Assembly: GCA_965208615.1 (NCBI GenBank)
Contig: CBDBPB010000004.1
Span: 224,001-288,000 of the forward strand
From: Spirochaetota bacterium
GTDB taxonomy: Bacteria; Spirochaetota; UBA6919; CBDBPB01
DNA length: 64,000 bases
Direction: 5' to 3'
This document shows, piece by piece, positions 19,580 through 29,589 of this stretch. Below the pieces are notes generated by a model. That model saw nothing but the letters and a program-made list of their open reading frames with translations, did no database searches and was not told the origin of the DNA. The position numbers and the translations under genes are program-made. Positions within the stretch are counted from its first letter, which is position 1. Each line of letters opens with the position of its first letter.

Positions 19580-21535
19580 TTATTTTCTTCTTTTTCTTTT
19601 TTCTTTTACGACTTTCAGACCTGGTTCTTTAGGTTCTTGATAGGGTAAAGGTTTAACTTCCCCTCCTTCTATTATAAATGTAACATAGGTAAAGTCGTTT
19701 TTAATTTTTAATAGGGCATTTCTTATAGTAATCTCTGAACCAGGATAAACTTTATCTTTTGCAGATATCTTTCCCTGATTACTAAGAGTATTTAAATATG
19801 TTTTTAGTTCATCAATATCAAACTGAATTTCTTTTAGTTGATTTTCTAGTTCACTCCTAGCCTGGAGCATTCTTTGAAGCATAACCTCACGTTCAGGTGG
19901 CAGTGATTTTTGAGCCCTTTTCTGATTTTGTATAGTAGTTAAATTAGGGATTATTTTATTTAGATTTTCTTCTATAGCCTCTCGTTCTTTATCAAACTTA
20001 GCTAACTTTTCTTTTGCCACAGGGTCTACCCCTGTTTCAACCTTAGTTTCGGTATAACTTGCAGAACCAATTGTTTTAGCATTTACCTCTTCTACAGTTC
20101 GTATATGCCCTCCTGTGATAGTGCCTCTTTTTCCTAGACTAAAAACTTTTTTAGCATCTACCTGACTATGAAGTATTCCTTCACCAGCAACCACTTTAAG
20201 TGCGGCTATAATTTTTGAGTTTTCTATAAATTTAGCATAAACATTCCCCCCAGCTCTTACTAGTCCTTCTTCTTTACCCAATATACCTCTTTTTACTACT
20301 ACATCTCCATCAGCCTCTACTATTGCCTTACCAATGGTTCCTCCTATATGAATGTTACCAGCGGCCTTAATACTAAAACCATCTTCTACATTACCAAATA
20401 CGCTTACATCCCCCAAAAATGTAATATTACCAGTTTTAAGCCCTACATTACCTTTAACCTCATACATGGGTTCAACTTCAACAATATCTCCATCAATAAC
20501 GACTCTACCTGGATGCTGAGCAATTATTTCAAGTCCATTATCTGATAAGGCAGTATTTTTACCAGCATTAAATTCAATATCTTTACCATTTTCAACAGGA
20601 ATCTCTTTATTAGTAATAGTTTTACCAGGTGTTCCAGAAGTAAGATTAACTTTTGTTGCAAGAATCTGACCAGCAACAACATTTTGTATTAATCCAAAGT
20701 CAGAAAAGAAATCAACCTTACCAGACTCATCTTCCTCAAAGTGTATTTCATTATCTGTTTTAAAATGATATTCAATATAAGCGTCTTTTCCTCTTTGTGG
20801 AGGCAATCCTTCTGCAATTAGTATAGGAGTATTATAATGCTCTTCTTCTATGGTTTCTTTAATGCGATTATTTTTCACGTTAAATACTATATTATTACTG
20901 TCTAGTAGCATAAGAACTTCTTCTTCTTCTAAAATACGCCCTGCTAAAATTGGTTTAGTAATAGTAATGTATGCTTTCATTTCATCTTCGCTAACTTTTA
21001 GTTCTACACGACTTTCGTGATTAGGGCTTGGAATATAATCACCTATTCTAGCTGGTTTATCTGTTGCTTTTTCTACTATTCCCTTAACCTCGGTACTATT
21101 ATAATCACGATAGCTTTTAGAATTTAATATAATTAAGACATCTTCATAATTAGCAGGGTTACCGTTGTTTTTAGGAGGACTAACTTTTAAAAAAACGCCT
21201 ATTTTTCTAATTATTATTCTTACCTTTCCATCTATTGGAGTATTTTCTTCTTTATTTTCCTTATCCAGCAAAGCAAATGGAGACCCTTTACCATCATAGG
21301 AATCTTTGGATACTTTAAAACATACTTTATATAACTTCTTACCTATTCCTAATACACCCTTACCTCCTCTTTCTATTATTTCATATTCGAGGTCAGATTC
21401 TGGTACTTGAAATAGAATTTCTGCTTTTTTAATACACTCTTCAATAGTATATCCACTTATCTCTTTTGAATAAGTAGCTGCATTTTTCTTAAGATTAAGG
21501 GATAGTTTTTTTTGAAGGTCATTTAAAGATGCCAT
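19580..21535 (-). CDS. FapA/DUF342-family protein with Jag-N-like N-terminal domain
   Basis: LEYEIIERGGKGVLGIGKK (Jag-N-like); GKVDF, NVVAGQIL, TGNITFLGDV.V.GNVEDGFSIKAAG repeats, VYPG. Confidence 0.8.
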   Translation of the reverse strand: MASLNDLQKKLSLNLKKNAATYSKEISGYTIEECIKKAEILFQVPESDLEYEIIERGGKGVLGIGKKLYKVCFKVSKDSYDGKGSPFALLDKENKEENTPIDGKVRIIIRKIGVFLKVSPPKNNGNPANYEDVLIILNSKSYRDYNSTEVKGIVEKATDKPARIGDYIPSPNHESRVELKVSEDEMKAYITITKPILAGRILEEEEVLMLLDSNNIVFNVKNNRIKETIEEEHYNTPILIAEGLPPQRGKDAYIEYHFKTDNEIHFEEDESGKVDFFSDFGLIQNVVAGQILATKVNLTSGTPGKTITNKEIPVENGKDIEFNAGKNTALSDNGLEIIAQHPGRVVIDGDIVEVEPMYEVKGNVGLKTGNITFLGDVSVFGNVEDGFSIKAAGNIHIGGTIGKAIVEADGDVVVKRGILGKEEGLVRAGGNVYAKFIENSKIIAALKVVAGEGILHSQVDAKKVFSLGKRGTITGGHIRTVEEVNAKTIGSASYTETKVETGVDPVAKEKLAKFDKEREAIEENLNKIIPNLTTIQNQKRAQKSLPPEREVMLQRMLQARSELENQLKEIQFDIDELKTYLNTLSNQGKISAKDKVYPGSEITIRNALLKIKNDFTYVTFIIEGGEVKPLPYQEPKEPGLKVVKEKRKRRK

Positions 21536-21948
21536 ATTATTTATATCTCCGCTTCATTTTCTGCATATTATTAAAATAACAATCAAAATTAAATTACCAA
21601 ATAAAAAAAAGATCAACTGTACAAAATAAATAGCTACATTACTAATGTTAATAAACTATTTTAGTATTTTAAAGACATTATTATCTTAATACATAATTCA
21701 TAACTGTTGTCTTGAGTGTTATAAATTCTCGACACTTTTTTTTAATAATAAAGATAATTTATACATACTTAGAATAGTTAAGATAAATAGTTTTTTTAGG
21801 AAAAGTAAAAAAAATATTATAATCTTTAATTTTTTTAAGAAATTATGAGCCATTTAGATAGCTGTTTATTACCTTATATAATGATATTAGATTAATGAAT
21901 ATTTTAAGCTTATAAAATTGCTATAATAAATAAATATGGGGTAATGCA

Positions 21949-23331
21949 ATGAAACTTTTTAACTCTGCAAAACAACTTATTGATAGTTGTAATAAAGCCG
22001 TAGAAGTCAAAGAAAATAATATTAGTATAACCAATCCTAAACTACTTAGAGAAACGGTTATTGATACTATAATCTATAACGGTGTGCTAAGTAAAGATGC
22101 CGATATTAAAAATACTGCTTATTGGCTTATATGGGAAATTGCTCGCAAATTAAATATTAGAAGTGCATCAATTCAGTCTCTATATGAGGCAAGGGGTAAA
22201 AAGCACTATAATGGAAAAACAGTTCCAGCCGTAAATATTAGAGGACTAACCTATTATGTTGCCAGAGGAATATTTCGTTCTGCCATCAAAAATAATGTGG
22301 GTGCATTTATATTCGAAATTGCTAAGTCAGAAATGGCATATACCTTTCAGAGACCAAAAGAATATACCATGAATTGTATTGCTGCTGCTATTAAAGAGGG
22401 CTTTAGCGGATCAGTATTTATTCAGGGGGATCACTTTCAAGTTAATGCTAAAAAATACAAAGAAAACCCTCAAAAAGAGATTGAGGAAATTAAAAACCTA
22501 ATTAGAGAAGCCATTGAAGCTGGATTTTATAATATTGATATTGATACTTCAACTCTTGTTGACCTTAGTGAGCCAACTCTAGATAAACAACAATTCTTAA
22601 ACTATTCTATTTGTGCCTCTCTTACAAAGTATATAAGAGATTTAGAACCAGAGGGAATTACCATTTCTATTGGCGGAGAAATCGGTGAAGTAGGTGAAAA
22701 AAATAGTACTGTAGAAGAGCTTAAAGCCTTTATGAATGGCTATTTTATACACCTTAAAAAAGAAGGTAATAATATTAAGGGTATTAGTAAAATTAGTGTT
22801 CAAACTGGAACAAGCCATGGGGGTGTTCCACTGCCTGATGGCTCTGTTGCAGACGTTAAGCTCGATTTTGATACATTAAAAGACTTGTCTATAGTATCAA
22901 GGGATAGTTATGGTTTATCTGGTGCTGTTCAACATGGCGCCTCAACTCTTCCAGATGATGCTTTTCATAGATTCCCAGAAGCCGAAACTGCTGAAGTCCA
23001 TCTTGCTACTGGTTTTCAAAATATGATTTATGAAAGCTCACACTTGCCAGATAGTCTTAAAGAAAGTATATATAAGCACTTAAAAGATAACTTTATTGAT
23101 GAGAAAAAAGAACAAGACTCTCACGAACAGTTTATTTATAAAACACGAAAAAAAGGTTTTGGTCCATTTAAAAAAGAACTCTTTGACCTCTCTGACAACA
23201 TAAAAATAAATATTAGTATAGAAATAGAAAATAAGTTTGACTTTCTATTCAAAAAACTAGACGTTATTAATACTAAAAACCTGGTTGATAAACACGTTAA
23301 ACCAGTTGATATTCCTAAAACAATTAACTAG
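21949..23331 (+). CDS. Class II fructose-bisphosphate aldolase family protein
   Basis: TVPAVNIRG, QGDHFQ, IDIDTS, GEIGEVG, GTSHGG, VQHGAS. Confidence 0.88.
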   Translation: MKLFNSAKQLIDSCNKAVEVKENNISITNPKLLRETVIDTIIYNGVLSKDADIKNTAYWLIWEIARKLNIRSASIQSLYEARGKKHYNGKTVPAVNIRGLTYYVARGIFRSAIKNNVGAFIFEIAKSEMAYTFQRPKEYTMNCIAAAIKEGFSGSVFIQGDHFQVNAKKYKENPQKEIEEIKNLIREAIEAGFYNIDIDTSTLVDLSEPTLDKQQFLNYSICASLTKYIRDLEPEGITISIGGEIGEVGEKNSTVEELKAFMNGYFIHLKKEGNNIKGISKISVQTGTSHGGVPLPDGSVADVKLDFDTLKDLSIVSRDSYGLSGAVQHGASTLPDDAFHRFPEAETAEVHLATGFQNMIYESSHLPDSLKESIYKHLKDNFIDEKKEQDSHEQFIYKTRKKGFGPFKKELFDLSDNIKINISIEIENKFDFLFKKLDVINTKNLVDKHVKPVDIPKTIN

Positions 23332-23338
23332 TAATATA

Positions 23339-23364
23339 CACCAATATATTTTAATATATTGGTG
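23339..23364. terminator. Perfect 12-bp inverted repeat between convergent aldolase and pgi; likely bidirectional terminator
   Basis: CACCAATATATT-tt-AATATATTGGTG. Confidence 0.65.
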
Positions 23365-23365
23365 G

Positions 23366-24739
23366 TCAAACGATTTTACTTTTTGATTTTATTTCTTTTA
23401 AAAGATTTTTTCGTTGTTCCTCATAACCGGGCTTATTTATAAGTGCAAACATATTATTTTTATAAGCCTCAACACCTGGCTGATCAAAAGGGTTTACTTT
23501 AAGAAGATAACCACTTATTCCACACGCTTTTTCAAATAAGTATATAAGTTGTCCCAAATAATAAGCATTAAGTTCAGGCACTCTCAAAGTCATATTAGGA
23601 ACTCCACCTTTTAGATGTGCAATGGATGTGCCTATTGCAGCCTGTTCATTAACATAGTTCATATCTGTATTAGCCAAAAAGTTAAGCTGATCAAGGTTAT
23701 CTATATCCTTATCTATAGTTAGAGAAGCTTTATTCTTTTGAACTTGAACTATAGTCTCAAAAATAGACCGTTCTCCATCCTGTATCCATTGTCCCATAGA
23801 GTGAAGATCAGTTGTAAAGTTGCAGGTAGCGGGAAAAATAGCTTTTCCATTTTTTCCTTCACTTTCTCCATAAAGTTGTTTCCACCATTCTCCAATGTAT
23901 TGCAGTGATGGTAAATAGTTAACAAGAATCTCAATCTTTTTTCCTTTTTGATAGAGTAGATTTCTTACTACTGCATAAAAATAAGCTGGGTTATCCTTTA
24001 AACTAGGGTTATTACAAATATTCATCATATAAGAGGCACCATTAATCAGCTCTCTAATATCTATCCCCGCTGCCGAAATAGGTAATAGCCCTACAGGAGT
24101 TAAAACAGAATATCTACCTCCCACATTATCATCTATTACAAAAGTTTTATAGCCTTCTTCATCGGATAACTTTTTTAAAGCACCTTTACTTTTATCAGTG
24201 GTAGAAAAAATTAGTTCCTTAAGCTTTTCCTTTCCAACATTTCTCTCTAAGGCCTTCTTTAGGATTCTAAAAGCTAATGCAGGCTCAGTAGTAGTTCCTG
24301 ATTTAGATATTACATTAATAGCAAATCTTTTTCCATCCAAAAGCTTAATTAGATCGTTATAATAACTAGGATCAATATGATGGCCTGCAAAAATAATATG
24401 TGGAGTAGTTTTGCTCTCTCTTGGTATAAGATTATAAAAAGAGTCACTTAAGGCCTCTATAACCGCTTTAGCACCAAGATAAGAACCACCTATTCCTATT
24501 ACTACAAGAAACTCTACTTCTTCTTCTAAAAAGTGAACAACACTTTCTATATCATTTATCTCTTCATTCGATATTTTATTAGGCAGATCCATCCACCCAA
24601 GATATTCACTACCTTGTCCTGTTTTCTGGTGCAGCATTTCATGGCATACTCTTACATCATCTTCTGAGCTAAAGATTTCATTTTCTGTAAGAAGGTCTAA
24701 AATATTATTATAATCTAAGGTAATTCTTGAGTTAGTCAT
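23366..24739 (-). CDS. pgi: Glucose-6-phosphate isomerase
   Basis: GIGGSYLGA, SKSGTTTEP, VGGRYSV, WKQLYGESEGK, DLHSMGQ, NPFDQPGVEAYK. Confidence 0.97.
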   Translation of the reverse strand: MTNSRITLDYNNILDLLTENEIFSSEDDVRVCHEMLHQKTGQGSEYLGWMDLPNKISNEEINDIESVVHFLEEEVEFLVVIGIGGSYLGAKAVIEALSDSFYNLIPRESKTTPHIIFAGHHIDPSYYNDLIKLLDGKRFAINVISKSGTTTEPALAFRILKKALERNVGKEKLKELIFSTTDKSKGALKKLSDEEGYKTFVIDDNVGGRYSVLTPVGLLPISAAGIDIRELINGASYMMNICNNPSLKDNPAYFYAVVRNLLYQKGKKIEILVNYLPSLQYIGEWWKQLYGESEGKNGKAIFPATCNFTTDLHSMGQWIQDGERSIFETIVQVQKNKASLTIDKDIDNLDQLNFLANTDMNYVNEQAAIGTSIAHLKGGVPNMTLRVPELNAYYLGQLIYLFEKACGISGYLLKVNPFDQPGVEAYKNNMFALINKPGYEEQRKNLLKEIKSKSKIV

Positions 24740-24854
24740 ACTGTTCCTCGTATAATAGTTTTAGTATAAATTATAATATATAATTTATAGATAGGTATAT
24801 CAAATTCCTTTTCTTTTTCTATTATGCTAAAATTGTTCGTATTATTAAATAAAT

Positions 24855-25613
24855 CTATGGTGCAGGGATTTTCTTTCTATAAGTTATTATTGGTTTTAAT
24901 GTGTAAAAAATTGTAGTTATTAATAAAAAAAACTTAAACAATAAAACTATAACTATAATAGTTAGGATACCTAATACATTTCTCAACCTATCATTACCTT
25001 TAGCCCAGCTAGCAAGTTTTGATGGTAGTTTAGGAAACCTAAATTTTGAAACCATTAAAACAGAATAAAAAATAAATAGAATTACTATAGCCCACCACGG
25101 AAAATATATTTTAAAATTCGACAAATACGGAATTAGTGGAACAGGTAATAAGTCAAAACTTAATATAAGAGCAATACTACACCCCGCTACCGTTGATGGA
25201 ATACCAGTAAAATAATTAGACGGTTCAGCGATGTTAAACATTGCAAGCCTTAATGAGGTAAAAAGTGGAAATAAAAATGCTATAAAGGCTCCAATTATAT
25301 AATGCACTGGAGACGGATATAAAGGTTCTTTTCCGTATAACATTACAAAAAACATAAACCCAGGAGCTAAACCAAAAGTAATGAGGTCTGCAAAAGAGTC
25401 CAGCTCTTTTCCAATTGGATTAGGTCTATTAATTTTCCTAGCAATACGCCCATCTAAAACATCAAACAAACCAGCTATTAAAATAAAGATTGTAGAGTAA
25501 ATAAAATAGGAGTGATCACCAGTTGCAGAGCCTTTAGCAGATGCGATTATTGATAAAAAGCCAAGAAATAAATTTCCTAAGCTTAAGCCATTTGGTATCC
25601 AGCTTAAATTCAT
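24855..25613 (-). CDS. pssA: CDP-diacylglycerol--serine O-phosphatidyltransferase
   Basis: IPNGLSLGN, FDVLDGRIAR...GKELDSFADLITFGLAP CDP-alcohol motif, LRLAMFN, FTGIPS, LMVS. Confidence 0.85.
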   Translation of the reverse strand: MNLSWIPNGLSLGNLFLGFLSIIASAKGSATGDHSYFIYSTIFILIAGLFDVLDGRIARKINRPNPIGKELDSFADLITFGLAPGFMFFVMLYGKEPLYPSPVHYIIGAFIAFLFPLFTSLRLAMFNIAEPSNYFTGIPSTVAGCSIALILSFDLLPVPLIPYLSNFKIYFPWWAIVILFIFYSVLMVSKFRFPKLPSKLASWAKGNDRLRNVLGILTIIVIVLLFKFFLLITTIFYTLKPIITYRKKIPAP

Positions 25614-25937
25614 ATTTTTGTCACTTAATTAATTTGTTTTTTTTAAGTTAAAAAAAAATACCGCTTAAGTCAAATCAATTTTATTTTACTTTGATTATAC
25701 ATAAAACATTATAAACAAACTTAATAAAAAGTTTTTTTTATTAAGTTTAAATAGTTAAAAAATATATTATTATTTTAATGCCTTATTAATTAACATATAA
25801 CGTCAAAATAAAGTATTTTATCATGTTTACTTACCTCCCCTAGTATATTAAAAATCGTTAACCTTTTAATATTTATTGACTATGAATATAATTGTATTAT
25901 ATTTATCCTACATTATATAAGAGTTATTGGAGGCTTT

Positions 25938-26207
25938 ATGATCGGTGGATTAGGAACTGGAGAAATAATATTAATTGGAATCGCAGTACTTGTACTCTTT
26001 GGTGCAAAGAAACTGCCTGAAATTGGTAAATCATTAGGTAAAGGCTTAAGAGAATTTAAAAAAGCAACTAATGAGATATCCGCTCCTTTAAAGGATAGCA
26101 TAGAAGATAGTAATAACATTATAGAACATCCTACTGTTCAAAGTGATAATACAGATAAGAAGGATAGCCCAGATAAAAAGTCTGACAACTCTCCTAATAA
26201 AACATAA
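25938..26207 (+). CDS. tatA: Twin-arginine translocase subunit TatA/E
   Basis: EIILI...LFGAKKLPEIGKSLGKGLREFKK. Confidence 0.93.
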   Translation: MIGGLGTGEIILIGIAVLVLFGAKKLPEIGKSLGKGLREFKKATNEISAPLKDSIEDSNNIIEHPTVQSDNTDKKDSPDKKSDNSPNKT

Positions 26208-26255
26208 AATAACAAATCTAATTATATATTATACAATAAAAAAAGGGTTAATATT

Positions 26256-26468
26256 ATGCCAGGATTTTGGGAAATACTAATTATAACGTTGATAATATTT
26301 GCTTTGTTTGGTGCTAAAAAACTACCTGAAATTGCAAGGTCTATCGGTAAAGGAATACACGAGTTTAAAAAAACTAAAGATGAGATAAGCGAACCTTTAA
26401 TTGATGAAGACCCTTTACAAGCCAAAGAGAAAAAAGTTGAACAAGAACATAAAAATACCAAAAAGTAA
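26256..26468 (+). CDS. tatA: Second TatA/E-family subunit
   Basis: WEILII...LFGAKKLPEIARSIGKGIHEFKK. Confidence 0.88.
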   Translation: MPGFWEILIITLIIFALFGAKKLPEIARSIGKGIHEFKKTKDEISEPLIDEDPLQAKEKKVEQEHKNTKK

Positions 26469-26479
26469 ACAAAAAAAAA

Positions 26480-27445
26480 ACTATCTCATTTTTAGATCAC
26501 CTTGAAGAATTAAGAAAAAGAATCATTATTGTTATAATCTCCCTTTTGGTATTTACTATTTTATCATATATCTTTAAAGAAAGACTATATCAATTTATTG
26601 TTTTGCCTTTACAGAACTTGGATGTTAAATTAATCCACCTAAAGGTATATGATAAGTTTATGGCTTTTTTAAAAATATCCTTATACAGCGGAATTATACT
26701 TTCTTTTCCTATTATACTTTACCAGCTTTCTCTTTTCATATTGCCTGCCTTATACCCCAGTGAACGAAAATGGTATTATACAGGTCTTTCTGGAGTAGTT
26801 GTTCTTTTTTTTATTGGTACTTTTTTTGCCTATAGAATAATGACTCCCATTAGTCTTGAATTCTTAATTAACTTCGGAAAAGAAAACCCTCCTATAAGCA
26901 TAAATAGTAAGGCTAAGAAAAAGAATAAGGATGCTCTTACTAAAGAGCTTCTTTCCATAAACAATAACCTATCATCCAGCAACAAAAACCTCCGTGAGCT
27001 TATTATAAAGGGTAATACAAACAATAACATGGTTGAAGTCAATAAAAACTTTGCCTTAATATATAAAGATTTTTTAGAACTAAATAAAAAGATTAATAAA
27101 CTTTGGACTAAATCTAATAAAAATGCAATAGAGTCAACATTAAGCATATCTGACTATATAGACTGGCTACTTTTTTTTATATTTATGGTTGGTGTAGTCT
27201 TTCAACTCCCTCTTGTTCTGACTATTCTGGCGAGAATAGGTATAGTTAATGCTAGGTCTCTTTCTAGATTTAGACCTTATGCGGTTATAATAATATTGGT
27301 TGTGGGAGCTGTTATAACTCCCCCTGATTGGATTACTCAATTAATGATTGGAGTACCTGTATATTTATTATATGAAGTTAGCATATTAATGGCTAGGTTA
27401 ATGCAAAGGTATAAAGAGAAAGCAGAAAAAGAAGAGACAGTATAA
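26480..27445 (+). CDS. tatC: Twin-arginine translocase TatC; frame extends upstream of the ORF-track start and lacks an in-frame start codon
   Basis: TISFLDHLEELRKRI read in frame from 26480; LPALYPSER, FQLP, ITPPD, LYEVS motifs. Confidence 0.9.
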   Translation, partial: TISFLDHLEELRKRIIIVIISLLVFTILSYIFKERLYQFIVLPLQNLDVKLIHLKVYDKFMAFLKISLYSGIILSFPIILYQLSLFILPALYPSERKWYYTGLSGVVVLFFIGTFFAYRIMTPISLEFLINFGKENPPISINSKAKKKNKDALTKELLSINNNLSSSNKNLRELIIKGNTNNNMVEVNKNFALIYKDFLELNKKINKLWTKSNKNAIESTLSISDYIDWLLFFIFMVGVVFQLPLVLTILARIGIVNARSLSRFRPYAVIIILVVGAVITPPDWITQLMIGVPVYLLYEVSILMARLMQRYKEKAEKEETV

Positions 27446-27447
27446 AA

Positions 27448-27693
27448 TTATTTTCCTTTCTTTTTTTTATAGATTATTTTATTTAATGCGTTAATATTTG
27501 TTTTTTCGCTGGACTTACTTGCTTCAATATTTGCGGCTTGGATGTCGTCATATATTTCTTTTCTATGAACAGATACCTTTTTTGGAGCAGTAATACCTAT
27601 TTTTACCTGATCTCCTTTAATATCAACAATACGAATTTCTATATCATCACCTATCATAATACTTTGGTTAGGTTTTCGGGCTAAAACCAGCAT
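27448..27693 (-). CDS. csrA: Carbon storage regulator CsrA
   Basis: [18 protein letters not shown]...[19 protein letters not shown]. Confidence 0.97.
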   Translation of the reverse strand: MLVLARKPNQSIMIGDDIEIRIVDIKGDQVKIGITAPKKVSVHRKEIYDDIQAANIEASKSSEKTNINALNKIIYKKKKGK

Positions 27694-27696
27694 ATT

Positions 27697-28188
27697 TTAG
27701 CGTCCTTTTTCACTAATATTATTTTGCTTAGTACTTTCTAGCTCCTTAAGTATACTATGTCTAACTGAGTATTCACTATTTAACGATAGAGCTTGTTTTC
27801 CTTGTCTGGTTTTTTTGTTTATTATAATTGGACCTAATAAATTGGCAGTCATATTGCTGGGGTCATCAGGAGGGATAGTTACAATAACAAAATGAAGTAA
27901 GTTTTCTTCAATATCTTTTTCATTAGCAAGTCCTATAGCTAAAAAGTCAGCAGGATCAAGGTCAAGCATGTAACCAGCCTTAAAATAAAGGGGATTAACA
28001 ACAACAAAAGCCACCTCTATTATATTAACCGACTGTAGCCAATAAAAAGGTCCTTCATTACGATCGAGTAAAAAATAATCTTTTAAGTTCTCAAAACCAA
28101 GTATACCTTCAGGAAAGTATATTCTTTGTTCATTTGAGACTTTAATTTTACCGTATGGCTTAGATTCAATTTCGAGTAGGTTTAGCAC
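27697..28188 (-). CDS. fliW: Flagellar assembly factor FliW
   Basis: FPEGILGFE, FYWLQS, VVVNP, TANLLGPIIIN; adjacent to csrA. Confidence 0.94.
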   Translation of the reverse strand: MLNLLEIESKPYGKIKVSNEQRIYFPEGILGFENLKDYFLLDRNEGPFYWLQSVNIIEVAFVVVNPLYFKAGYMLDLDPADFLAIGLANEKDIEENLLHFVIVTIPPDDPSNMTANLLGPIIINKKTRQGKQALSLNSEYSVRHSILKELESTKQNNISEKGR

Positions 28189-28286
28189 ATATCCCCCTTA
28201 GTACACTTTCTTAATTAAAATATAACATTCAATAAATATAAACAAATAAAGATAAAGATACCACAATTTTAGCAATATTATTATAA

Positions 28287-29552
28287 TTATCGTATAAAAT
28301 CTAATAAAGTTGGCAACATTATCCTTGCACCAACCTGCAGTGCCGCACGATGAGAAAGCTCAACATTCTTCAAGTCAGAAATAGCCTTAGACATATCTGT
28401 AGCCTGGATCTTTGAATAAACCTCATTTGCATAAACTACACTAGTCGAAATTCGGTTATTAGCAGTATCCAACCTACTCTGCCGAGTACCAACTAAAGCA
28501 ATATAATGCCTTAAGTTATCCATAGCCTCATCCATCTGTCCTATACCCCTGTTAATACCATTAATATCATTGCTAAATAGTGAATTCCTAAGTTCTATGA
28601 TATTATCAAACATACTATTACCCTGAACTATAGCGTTAGGAGCATAGTTATCAGGGGGGTATGATCCACCTTGAGCAATAAGGCCTAAATCTTGTAATAC
28701 TGTTCCACCTTTATCATCCTCCAACCACAGCTGATGAGGTCTTGTTGTCTGGAGTACAATAAAGTCATTACCAGTGGTATTGTCAATGGATGCCTTAACA
28801 GGTACATTAGCATTATTTATTTTATCAACAATGGTTTTTAAGTTATCCCCGTCATCTATACGTATACCCACACCGTCTATTTTAATGTTCTGATAAGGCT
28901 TAGAACTATCCTTGCTAACAGCCATATAACCAGTAGAGGCGGTTTGAGAAGTAATCCTTTGATTAGCCGCCCAAAAAGTCCTATTACCAGGTACATTTAC
29001 TGCCATATATTCACCACGATCAATTTCACGGTTCTGAGTACCAATATCGCCCTTATAAGTCACTTTAGAAAGAAGAGGTTCACCCCAATCCAAAATCTTG
29101 CCATAGGATATATTATATGCCTCTTTGTTAGTCTGGTAACCAGAAAACATAGACTCACCCTTAAACTTACTATTAGCCACCTGTACAACTTGTCTTAAAT
29201 ACTGCTCAATTTGAATGCCGATCTTTTCTCTATCTTCTTTTGTGAGTATGCCATTAGCTCCACCAACAGCCTGTTCCCTTATTAGTTGTAAATAGCTATT
29301 CACCTCTTGGAGTTTAACATCCACCAGGTTTAACCTTGATATGCTATCACCAATGTTATTTTGATAACGTTGATATTCCCCTATTTTAGCCTTATAGAAG
29401 GCAACCATAGCCGAAGATGATGGATCATTATGAGGTAGTGATATTCTATTTTGACTGGATATTTGTTTCTGTAAGGTTTCTATTTCTTTATTATGTCCTT
29501 TTAGGCTTCTCATAAGGTTATTAGTTAAATAATTATTAGTAACGCGTATCAT
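28287..29552 (-). CDS. flgL: Flagellar hook-associated protein 3
   Basis: MIRVTN N-terminus, flagellin-like ends, C-terminal ARIMLPTLLDFIR. Confidence 0.92.
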   Translation of the reverse strand: MIRVTNNYLTNNLMRSLKGHNKEIETLQKQISSQNRISLPHNDPSSSAMVAFYKAKIGEYQRYQNNIGDSISRLNLVDVKLQEVNSYLQLIREQAVGGANGILTKEDREKIGIQIEQYLRQVVQVANSKFKGESMFSGYQTNKEAYNISYGKILDWGEPLLSKVTYKGDIGTQNREIDRGEYMAVNVPGNRTFWAANQRITSQTASTGYMAVSKDSSKPYQNIKIDGVGIRIDDGDNLKTIVDKINNANVPVKASIDNTTGNDFIVLQTTRPHQLWLEDDKGGTVLQDLGLIAQGGSYPPDNYAPNAIVQGNSMFDNIIELRNSLFSNDINGINRGIGQMDEAMDNLRHYIALVGTRQSRLDTANNRISTSVVYANEVYSKIQATDMSKAISDLKNVELSHRAALQVGARIMLPTLLDFIR

Positions 29553-29589
29553 AATATTCTCCTATAGCAACATTAATATAGTTTAAAAG

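Noticed and set aside
16955-21948. Replication origin or parS near rsmG-parA-parB
   Set aside because: No dnaA/mnmG, no clustered TTATCCACA boxes and no TGTTTCACGTGAAACA-like palindrome seen; isolated DnaA-box matches at about 35216 and 51374 lie inside genes
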